In this document: positions 57,042 through 64,000 of the stretch, in pieces
Position numbering within the stretch: position 1 is the first letter of the stretch
Layout: each line of letters starts with the position of its first letter
Assembly: GCA_944384195.1 (NCBI GenBank)
Contig: CALWSK010000003.1
Location: forward strand, 74,826-138,825
DNA from: an uncultured Clostridia bacterium
Lineage (GTDB): Bacteria; Bacillota; Clostridia; Lachnospirales; CAG-274
Length of the DNA: 64,000 bases
Direction of reading: 5' to 3'
The notes under the pieces: model-generated
Told to the model about the DNA's origin: nothing
Databases searched by the model: none
What the model saw: the letters and a program-made list of their open reading frames with translations, nothing else
Position numbers and translations under genes: made by a program

Positions 57042-58598
57042 TTGATCTATACTATGGAAAAATTAAAAAATTATTTAAATGAACAAATAGAGATTTTGCA
57101 TAATCAAGGTAAACAATTTTTAAACAAAGAAATAAGCCTGCATGATTTTAAAAAAGCTTCTGGAAAATTTGGTATCTATGCAGAACGTGGCGGACAAACA
57201 TTTATGATACGTATAAAAATTCCTTCTGGTGTTTTTAATAAAGAATCTATAGAAATCGTAAAAAGCCTTATAAAAAATTATAAAATTAATTCTGTTCATC
57301 TTAGTACAAGACAAGCAGTTCAGTTCCACGGACTTAGTCTAGATGCTGTTATTTCTATTTTTAAAGAAACAATAGAAAAAAATCTTATAGGTTTTGGTTG
57401 TGGTGGAAATTTCCCAAGAAATGTTACTTCATCTCCTCTATCTGGTGTTGAAAAAGGAGAAGCCTTTGATGTTACACCTTATGCAAACTATGCTACTAAC
57501 TATTTCTTAGAAAGAATGGACACATATGTTCTTCCTAGAAAAGTAAAAGTAGGATTTTCTAATGGAATTAGTAATTTATCTGTGGCTACTATGACAGACC
57601 TTGGGTTTTTAGCAACTATAAAAGATGACAAAAAATATTTTAGAGTATTTATAGCTGGTGGTCTTGGAAAAAGCCCTCAAGTTGGAGCAGAGCTTCCTTA
57701 TCTTATAGAACCTACAGAAATTTTATACTATGTAGATGCTCTTGTTAATCTATTTAAAGAACACGGAAACTATGAAAATAGAAATAAAGCCAGAATTAGA
57801 TATATCCTTCAAGAAAAAGGACAAGAAGAATTCTTATCTTTATATCAACAATATGTAGATAAATCTAAAGATCTTAATTTAAAAGTAGAAGAAGCTAGCG
57901 AAACAGTTATTCCTTCTTCACAAGAAGGCTCTATAGAAGAAAATATAAATGTTATAGCTCAAAAACAAGAAGGTAGATATACAGTTATTGTTAAACCTGT
58001 TGGTGGTATCCTAGCTTCTGATGATTTTGCTAAAGTGTTAGACTTTGTTTTATCTTCAGAATGTGGTAAAGCTATTTTATCTATGGAAGAAAGCATATAT
58101 GTAAATAATCTTACTTGTAAAGAAGCTTCTAACCTTTTAGAGCTTTGCAAAACATATAATCAAACAACAAGACTTTCTCATAGCTTAAGCTGTATAGGTG
58201 TTCCTGTTTGTCAAATAGGACTTGCAGAAAGCCAAACTTTATTAAAATCTATATTAAAACATTTTGAAGAAAAAGGATTAAACAAAGACTTATTACCTTC
58301 TATCCATATTTCTGGTTGCCCTAACTCTTGTGGTAGACATCAATCTGTAGAAATAGGATTTGCTGGCAAAAGAAAAATGATAGATGGTGCTATATCTGAT
58401 GCATATGAGTTACACGTTGGAGGTAGCTTTGCTGTAGATAATGCTAAACTTGGAGATATCATCTGTGATATGGACGCTAAAAAAGTTCCTCTATTCTTAG
58501 AAGAAGTATATACTAATCTTAATGCTAAAGGTATAGAATTTTCTTCTTTTAAATCTTCAGATGAATTTAAATCTATATGTGAAAAATATAAAATATAA
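57042..58598 (+). CDS. siroheme/[4Fe-4S] nitrite/sulfite reductase (ferredoxin-dependent type)
   Basis: FMIRIKIPSG, STRQAVQFHG, RNV, LPRKVKV, cluster ligands CIGVPVC and SGCPNSC. Start is TTG 57042 or ATG 57054. Confidence 0.88.
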   Translation: MIYTMEKLKNYLNEQIEILHNQGKQFLNKEISLHDFKKASGKFGIYAERGGQTFMIRIKIPSGVFNKESIEIVKSLIKNYKINSVHLSTRQAVQFHGLSLDAVISIFKETIEKNLIGFGCGGNFPRNVTSSPLSGVEKGEAFDVTPYANYATNYFLERMDTYVLPRKVKVGFSNGISNLSVATMTDLGFLATIKDDKKYFRVFIAGGLGKSPQVGAELPYLIEPTEILYYVDALVNLFKEHGNYENRNKARIRYILQEKGQEEFLSLYQQYVDKSKDLNLKVEEASETVIPSSQEGSIEENINVIAQKQEGRYTVIVKPVGGILASDDFAKVLDFVLSSECGKAILSMEESIYVNNLTCKEASNLLELCKTYNQTTRLSHSLSCIGVPVCQIGLAESQTLLKSILKHFEEKGLNKDLLPSIHISGCPNSCGRHQSVEIGFAGKRKMIDGAISDAYELHVGGSFAVDNAKLGDIICDMDAKKVPLFLEEVYTNLNAKGIEFSSFKSSDEFKSICEKYKI

Positions 58599-58611
58599 TA
58601 ATTTAATATTA

Positions 58612-58646
58612 AAAAAGCCATATTGAAAATTTCAATATGGCTTTTT
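58612..58646. terminator. bidirectional intrinsic terminator with a 16-bp stem
   Basis: AAAAAGCCATATTGAA-AAT-TTCAATATGGCTTTTT. Confidence 0.88.
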
Positions 58647-58653
58647 ATATATT

Positions 58654-59580
58654 TTATTCAAAAAGTTCTGTAGATAAATATCTTTCTCCTGTATCTGGAC
58701 AAATAGCTACTATATTTTTTCCTTTATTTTCTTCAAGCTCTGCAAGTTTTCTAGCTATGCATACACTAGCTCCAGATGATATCCCAACTAATACTCCTTC
58801 TATTTTTCCAAGCTCTCTAGCAGTTTCTATAGCTTCCTCATTAGAAACTGTCATAACCTTATCTATAAGCCCAAGCTCTAATATAGAAGGAATAAAACCT
58901 GCTCCTATACCTTGTATCTTATGGGCTCCTGCTCTATTTTCAGTTATTATAGGAGAATTTTCTGGCTCTACTCCTATTATAGTTATATCTTTATTTTTTT
59001 CTTTTAAAATTTGTGCTATCCCTGTTATAGTTCCTCCAGTACCTATACCAGCTACTACTATATCTACATTTCCATCAGTATCATTTAATATTTCAAGAGC
59101 AGTACTTTCTCTATGGGCTTTAGGATTAGCCTTGTTGTCAAATTGTTGTAATATTATACTGTTTTCTATCTCTTTATTTAGCTCATTAGCCTTAGCTATA
59201 GCACCTTTCATTCCAGATTTTGCCTCTGTAAGAACAACCTCTGCACCAAGAGCTTTAACAAGTTTTCTTCTTTCTATGCTCATACTCTCTGGCATAACAA
59301 GAATTAACTTATATCCTCTAGATGCACATACAAAAGCAAGCCCAATACCTGTATTACCACTTGTAGGTTCTATTATTGTAGAATTTTTATTTATAATATT
59401 TTTTTCTTCAGCATCTTTTATCATAGAATAAGCAACTCTATCTTTTACGCTTCCTAAAGGATTAAAATATTCTAGCTTAGCTAAAATATCTGCTTTAAGA
59501 TTATATTTTTCTTTATATTTGTTAAGTTTTAATAAAGGCGTATTACCTATAAGTTCTGTTAAATTTTCATATATTTTCAT
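58654..59580 (-). CDS. cysK: cysteine synthase A
   Basis: IGNTPL, NPLGSVKDR (PLP Lys), EPTSGNTG, GTGGT, HKIQGIGAG, DTGERYLS. Confidence 0.96.
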   Translation of the reverse strand: MKIYENLTELIGNTPLLKLNKYKEKYNLKADILAKLEYFNPLGSVKDRVAYSMIKDAEEKNIINKNSTIIEPTSGNTGIGLAFVCASRGYKLILVMPESMSIERRKLVKALGAEVVLTEAKSGMKGAIAKANELNKEIENSIILQQFDNKANPKAHRESTALEILNDTDGNVDIVVAGIGTGGTITGIAQILKEKNKDITIIGVEPENSPIITENRAGAHKIQGIGAGFIPSILELGLIDKVMTVSNEEAIETARELGKIEGVLVGISSGASVCIARKLAELEENKGKNIVAICPDTGERYLSTELFE

Positions 59581-59591
59581 AATAATTCCTC

Positions 59592-60083
59592 CTATTTTAT
59601 AACACTAGGTATTCCAACTGCTACCTTATAAGCTGGAACATCTTTTAAAACTACAGCATTAGCTCCTATTTTAGCTCCCTCACCTATAGTAACATTGCCA
59701 AGTATTTTAGCACCTGCCCCTATTACTACTTTATCTTCTACTGTTGGGTGTCTTTTTCCTTTTGTATATTTATTGCTTCCTAAAGTTACTCCGTGATATA
59801 TAGTAACATCATCTCCTATTATACTAGTAGCTCCTATCACAACACCTGTTCCGTGGTCTATAAAAAATCTCTTGCCTATTTTAGCTTGTGGGTGTATTTC
59901 TATATTTAAAATACCTCTTACTATAAACATAATAAGCTCTGCAAAAAGCTTAAATCCTTTTTTGTATAAAAAATGAGCTATTCTATACCAAAACATAGCG
60001 TGTACACTTGGATAAAACAAAGCTTGAAAACTATTTCTACAAGCTGGATCTCTATCCATTATAGATTTTAAATATGCTTTCAT
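59592..60083 (-). CDS. cysE: serine O-acetyltransferase
   Basis: [30 protein letters not shown] hexapeptide repeats. Start moved to ATG 60083 after GGAGGT. Confidence 0.92.
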   Translation of the reverse strand: MKAYLKSIMDRDPACRNSFQALFYPSVHAMFWYRIAHFLYKKGFKLFAELIMFIVRGILNIEIHPQAKIGKRFFIDHGTGVVIGATSIIGDDVTIYHGVTLGSNKYTKGKRHPTVEDKVVIGAGAKILGNVTIGEGAKIGANAVVLKDVPAYKVAVGIPSVIK

Positions 60084-60178
60084 AAGTATTACCTCCAAAC
60101 TTTATTGTCTAGTTAAATACAAGGATATTATAACATAAATAAAAATATTTGTAAAAATAAAAATAATTTTATTTATAC

Positions 60179-60207
60179 TTGAATTTATATGTTATATATG
60201 ATAAAAT
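60179..60207 (+). promoter_or_regulatory. sigma-A promoter for rpsO
   Basis: TTGAAT (60179-60184), 17 nt spacer, extended -10 TGATAAAAT. Confidence 0.65.
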
Positions 60208-60213
60208 ATGTAA

Positions 60214-60288
60214 AAACCTATGTTCAGAAGCAGGATACTCCAACCTCTTCTTAGCATTAGGAGTTATCTTATATTATGGAGGTTTATT
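60214..60288 (+). ncRNA. probable S15 autoregulatory leader
   Basis: AAACCT can pair with AGGTTT over the SD; AGGATACTCC pairs with GGAGTTATCTT; the position matches Firmicute rpsO leaders. Confidence 0.5.
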
Positions 60289-60549
60289 ATGGAATTTAAC
60301 AAAAAAGAAATCGTTGCAAAATTTGGTAGAAACGCAGAAGATACTGGTTCTCCAGAGGTTCAAGTAGCTTTATTAACAGCTAGAATTAACCACCTCACAG
60401 ACCACTTAAGAACTCATAAAAAAGACCACCACTCAAGACGCGGTCTTTTAAAAATGGTAGGTCAAAGAAAAGGTCTTCTTAACTATATCAAAAATAAAGA
60501 CATAGTTAAATATCGTGAGCTTATAGCAGAGCTTGGTTTAAGAAAATAA
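60289..60549 (+). CDS. rpsO: 30S ribosomal protein S15
   Basis: [36 protein letters not shown]. True start is ATG 60289 after GGAGG; the track start at 60220 lies in the leader. Confidence 0.97.
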   Translation: MEFNKKEIVAKFGRNAEDTGSPEVQVALLTARINHLTDHLRTHKKDHHSRRGLLKMVGQRKGLLNYIKNKDIVKYRELIAELGLRK

Positions 60550-60558
60550 TATATTATT

Positions 60559-60586
60559 GGCTACAGGAAATCCTGTAGCCTTTTTT
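60559..60586 (+). terminator. intrinsic terminator after rpsO
   Basis: GGCTACAGG-AAAT-CCTGTAGCC followed by TTTTTT. Confidence 0.9.
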
Positions 60587-60666
60587 ACTCTTCTTTATAT
60601 TTTTAGAATATTTATTTAATAAAAAACATAAGATAAATTGTATTATATAATAGAGGAGGTGCTAAT

Positions 60667-61650
60667 ATGGACGAAATAACTTTAAACCTTGTAAAAGAAT
60701 TTAATTTTAATCCAAAAAACGTATTTAAACAAAAATATATGTTAATATGCAAAACAGATAAAGGTGTAAAAATGATTAGAGCTATAAATCAAAGCACCGA
60801 TAAAATCATTTTTGTACATAATATAAAAGAATATCTTATAAATAAAGGTTTTAAAAATCTTGATAAATATTATCTATCTAAAGAAGGTAACCCATATGTC
60901 ATAAGCGAAGATAATATATATGTTATGACAGATTATTATCCATTTGAAGAATGCGACTTATCTAACAAACTTCATCTAGAAAAATCTATAAATCTACTTG
61001 CTAATTTTCACAAGTTAGTACAAAGTTTTAGCTATGATATAAATGATGATGATATAGAATTTATAGACCTTGCTAAAATATTTGAGAAAAAAATAGATAG
61101 TCTTGCTAAAATGAAAAAATTAGTATCAAAACAAAAAAATCTCACAGATTTTGAAATAAACTTTATAAAAAATTATAATTATTTTTATCAAAAAGCTAAT
61201 AATTCTTTAGAAATCATACTAAAATATAACTACCAAAATATAAATAAGTTAGCTAGAAAAAATAAAATGCTCTGCTATAATAGAGCAAAAGAAGATGCCA
61301 TATTTATAGGTGATAACGCATATCTTACACAAATGGAAAATTTAGACTTAAACCATTTTATATATGATATTGCCAGATTTTTATCTAGATATATAAAAAA
61401 ACATAAAGATAATAAAACAAGTCTAGAAGAAATTTTAACTACATATTCCAAAATAAACTATATAGACGGAAATCTTTTACCTATTTTGTATGCTCTTATA
61501 ACTTTTCCAGATAGATATATACAAACTTGCCAAGGTTTCTTTGAGAGAAGAAGAACTTTTACTCCTATTTCATTATCTAGTCAAATGGATAATATACTTA
61601 GCCTTTTAGAGTTTGAAGAAGAATTTTTGAAAAAAATAAAACCTAAATAA
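60667..61650 (+). CDS. CotS-like spore coat protein (kinase-like fold, degenerate catalytic motifs)
   Basis: CKTDKG, HLINKGF-like segment, LANFHK, YDIARFL, LITFP; His/Asp catalytic loop residues are replaced. Confidence 0.65.
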   Translation: MDEITLNLVKEFNFNPKNVFKQKYMLICKTDKGVKMIRAINQSTDKIIFVHNIKEYLINKGFKNLDKYYLSKEGNPYVISEDNIYVMTDYYPFEECDLSNKLHLEKSINLLANFHKLVQSFSYDINDDDIEFIDLAKIFEKKIDSLAKMKKLVSKQKNLTDFEINFIKNYNYFYQKANNSLEIILKYNYQNINKLARKNKMLCYNRAKEDAIFIGDNAYLTQMENLDLNHFIYDIARFLSRYIKKHKDNKTSLEEILTTYSKINYIDGNLLPILYALITFPDRYIQTCQGFFERRRTFTPISLSSQMDNILSLLEFEEEFLKKIKPK

Positions 61651-61655
61651 TAAAT

Positions 61656-61687
61656 AAAAAGGCCTAGAATTAATTCTAGGCCTTTTT
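61656..61687. terminator. intrinsic terminator after the cotS-like gene
   Basis: AAAAAGGCCTAGAAT-TA-ATTCTAGGCCTTTTT. Confidence 0.85.
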
Positions 61688-61767
61688 ATAATAAATTTTT
61701 AATTGGATATTTCTAAAATTTTTATTACTTAAAATTAAATTTTTAACTATATTTATAAATTTTAAAT

Positions 61768-61798
61768 AAAAAAGATTGTAGAATATATCTACAATCTT
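61768..61798 (-). terminator. intrinsic terminator after htrA
   Basis: Minus strand AAGATTGTAGA-TATAT-TCTACAATCTTTTTT. Confidence 0.8.
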
Positions 61799-61859
61799 AG
61801 AAAAGAGAGAATTTTGAGGTTAGCCCTTTTGGGCTAAAGGAGAGGAGTATCTATATCAA

Positions 61860-63056
61860 TTAAAAACTTGTACGCTTAGTTATTGTTGAAGTAAGCTTAA
61901 CTTTTATAGTTTTAAGCTTCCCATTTCTGATTATTTTGAGCTTTAAAACATCATTTTCTTTATGTTTTTTTATTTCTTCTACTAGTTGAGTAGAACTAAG
62001 AATAGGAACTTCATTTACACTAGTTATTATATCTTCTGTTTTTATACCAGATAGATGAGCTGGACTCCCTTTGTTTATTTTTATAACATAGGCTCCACCT
62101 GCTATATCTTCATAGCTAAGCTCTTGTGGAACATCCGTAACTGTAACTCCAAGGCTTGGAGGGTTTGAATGGTTCATTATTTGTTCTATTATAGGCATAG
62201 CTTTTTCTGTACCTATACTATATCCTATATTTTCAACACCCTGCTCTGCTATCTTAGCAGTATTTATTCCTATTACTTCCCCGTTTAGATTTATTAAAGC
62301 TCCGCCACTATTCCCAGGGTTTATAGCAGCTGTAGTTTGCATAACGTTTAACTTTCGTTTATTAGAAACTATGTCTGTAGAAGTGGAACTTATAATACCA
62401 AATGTAGAAGTTATCCCTTCACCTATAGCATTGCCTATTGCTATAACATAATCTCCAACATTAACACTAGATGAAGATGCAAATTTTGCAACACGAATAT
62501 TATTTCTTTCTTGTACGTCCATATCTTCAAGGCTAATAGATAAAACTGCTAAATCAAGATTTTCATCTTTTCCTACTAACTTGGCAGATATAGGCTCATT
62601 ATCATCTATCGCTATACCAACTAAAGAGGCATTTTCTATTACATGATAATTTGTAACAACAAAAGCTTCTGCATATGTCTTGTGAAATATTATTCCAGAC
62701 CCAACTCCTTCAGATTTTACTGTCTGATTAAAAAAATTCTTTTCTGTTTTTAAAGTTGTAATGCTAACCACTGAAGGACTAACATTTTGTATAGCATATT
62801 TCACTATATTATTTGAAGTTTCTACTACATTATCACTTGAAGAGTCTATAAGAGATTTGTTTGCATATTGTGGTATAACAACATTTTTCATAAAAACAAA
62901 TGAAAAACTAAATGCTATCCCTATTACAAAACATAAACTTATACAGATAATAAATAAAAAAGGTTTTTTTAATATATTTTTTATTTTATTATTTTTTTGT
63001 ATTTCTTCTTGATAAAATGTAGGCTTATTGTCGTTTGAATTATTAATGTTATTCAT
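61860..63056 (-). CDS. htrA: HtrA/DegP-family serine protease with N-terminal TM segment and a PDZ domain (on the minus strand; the track label is wrong)
   Basis: Plus strand at 61860 reads TTA AAA ACT, the reverse complement of ...TSF-stop. Triad TNYHV, DLAVL, NPGNSGG. Start ATG 63056 after GGAGG. Confidence 0.92.
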   Translation of the reverse strand: MNNINNSNDNKPTFYQEEIQKNNKIKNILKKPFLFIICISLCFVIGIAFSFSFVFMKNVVIPQYANKSLIDSSSDNVVETSNNIVKYAIQNVSPSVVSITTLKTEKNFFNQTVKSEGVGSGIIFHKTYAEAFVVTNYHVIENASLVGIAIDDNEPISAKLVGKDENLDLAVLSISLEDMDVQERNNIRVAKFASSSSVNVGDYVIAIGNAIGEGITSTFGIISSTSTDIVSNKRKLNVMQTTAAINPGNSGGALINLNGEVIGINTAKIAEQGVENIGYSIGTEKAMPIIEQIMNHSNPPSLGVTVTDVPQELSYEDIAGGAYVIKINKGSPAHLSGIKTEDIITSVNEVPILSSTQLVEEIKKHKENDVLKLKIIRNGKLKTIKVKLTSTITKRTSF

Positions 63057-63142
63057 AACGTATCCTCCATACATATATAATACCTTAAATTAATGAATAA
63101 AATATGAATTAAATGTTAACAATTTAAAATAATTTTTTAATT

Positions 63143-64000
63143 TTAAAATTTTGTGTTTGAAGAAGTTAAATTAGCCTTTAATGTAATTTTTTCCGAACCA
63201 TTTCTTATAACTTCATAAGAAACAACATCATTTACCTTACATTTTTTTATAGCATTTGATAAATCTTCTACAGAAGAGATATTCTGATTATTAAAACTTA
63301 TTATAATATCTCCAGATTTTAATCCTGATTTTTCTGCATTACTTCCTTCTTCTACCTGAACAACTAAAACTCCATCGAAGTTTAAACCATATATTTTTTT
63401 AGTTTCTTCTGTTATAGTTTTACCTATTATTCCAAAATAAGGTCTTTCCACATATCCATTTTCTATTATTTGATTAGCAATATCTATAACTATATTAGAT
63501 GGTATAGCATAGCCTATCCCCTCTATAGCAGCGCTAGAAAGCTTAGCAGTATTTACACCTACTACCTCACCTTCTGTATTCATAAGAGCTCCACCACTAT
63601 TACCAGGATTTATAGCGGCATCTGTCTGTATAACTGTTAGATTTTTACCATCTATATTTATTTCTTTATTTTGAGCACTTATCATACCTTGTGTCATAGT
63701 CTTTCCACGCCCTAAAGCATTTCCTATAGGGAAAACAAAATCTCCTACTTCAACCTTATCAGAATCGGCAAATTTAGAAACAGTTATATTTTTTATTCCT
63801 GATTTATTTAAATCTGCTTTACTAACATATAAAACGGCAAGGTCAGAACTTGGATCTGTTCCTACTAATGTGGCTTCTACTTGCTCCTTACCAGTTACAG
63901 ACACGCTAACATATTGTGCTCCTTCTATAACGTGATTATTTGTTATTATATATACCTTATCTCCATCTATTTTATATATTATACCAGAACCAGATCCATA
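63143..64000 (-). CDS. htrA: second HtrA/DegP-family protease, 5' end outside the window
   Basis: The frame is open to 64000 (YGSGSGIIYK...TNNHVI); DLAVL, NPGNSGG, C-terminal PDZ domain. Confidence 0.92.
   Translation of the reverse strand, partial: YGSGSGIIYKIDGDKVYIITNNHVIEGAQYVSVSVTGKEQVEATLVGTDPSSDLAVLYVSKADLNKSGIKNITVSKFADSDKVEVGDFVFPIGNALGRGKTMTQGMISAQNKEINIDGKNLTVIQTDAAINPGNSGGALMNTEGEVVGVNTAKLSSAAIEGIGYAIPSNIVIDIANQIIENGYVERPYFGIIGKTITEETKKIYGLNFDGVLVVQVEEGSNAEKSGLKSGDIIISFNNQNISSVEDLSNAIKKCKVNDVVSYEVIRNGSEKITLKANLTSSNTKF

Noticed and set aside
60179-60288. N-terminal extension of S15 and the 62-aa overlapping ORF
   Set aside because: This region is the rpsO promoter and structured leader; the SD points to ATG 60289.
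1144-63012. The many 60-210 aa ORFs antisense to or nested within core genes (e.g. 1883..2398, 23201..23674, 24275..24907, 54282..54836, 58637..59431)
   Set aside because: They lie opposite well-supported genes, lack an SD, and have the Ser/Phe/Leu/Ile-rich composition expected from reverse-complemented Lys/Glu codons.
61860-63074. Track annotation of the 404-aa HtrA ORF on the + strand
   Set aside because: The listed protein reads from the reverse complement: ATG at 63074-63072, stop TAA at 61862-61860. It is a minus-strand gene.
1-64000. CRISPR array or cas1/cas2 to go with the Cas4-like genes; transposases, integrases, phage genes
   Set aside because: No regularly spaced 25-45 bp repeats and no such protein motifs were seen. 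All intergenic gaps are short or plain AT-rich DNA.
1-64000. Apparent abundance of CTAG/AGCT and scarcity of GATC as a restriction-modification signature
   Set aside because: This is an impression only and is confounded by codon usage. It needs a Markov-corrected tetranucleotide count that I cannot run.

Overview
Very AT-rich chromosomal segment from a spore-forming, flagellated member of the Clostridia. It is probably Lachnospirales-like, inferred from SleC, tandem flgK and a divIB-ftsZ junction without ftsA. Most genes lie on the minus strand and are core functions: lysC, spoIIGA-sigE, RNA-modification enzymes, a divergent type IIA topoisomerase pair, cell-wall enzymes, upp/rpiB/sua5, radA/topB, the flgM-flgN-flgK-flgK-flgL-fliW-csrA flagellar block, tRNA-Arg(CCT), T-box-controlled valS, gdpP-rplI-dnaB, murA-divIB-ftsZ-dacF, pcrA, a sulfite/nitrite reductase with cysE-cysK, rpsO, a CotS-like coat protein and two tandem HtrA proteases. 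I saw no CRISPR array, transposase, integrase or phage gene. The best candidate for an undescribed system is a Cas4-like Fe-S nuclease split into two overlapping genes (5794-6647), each half carrying its own transmembrane helix. It is translationally coupled to the exoribonuclease gene yhaM and followed by an unannotated 40-aa ORF. Other notable signals: a hairpin-bridged Shine-Dalgarno before topoisomerase subunit A, an RBS-sequestering inverted repeat with an internal sporulation-type promoter at murA, a small membrane protein with a probable ATT start between the Val T-box and valS, a WalR-type box at an M23 peptidase promoter, a GdpP lacking its membrane anchor, and a CLC-F-type fluoride exporter without a riboswitch. 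The ORF track lists 61860..63074 on +, but the sequence shows it is on the minus strand. All calls come from motif recognition by eye; no searches were run.
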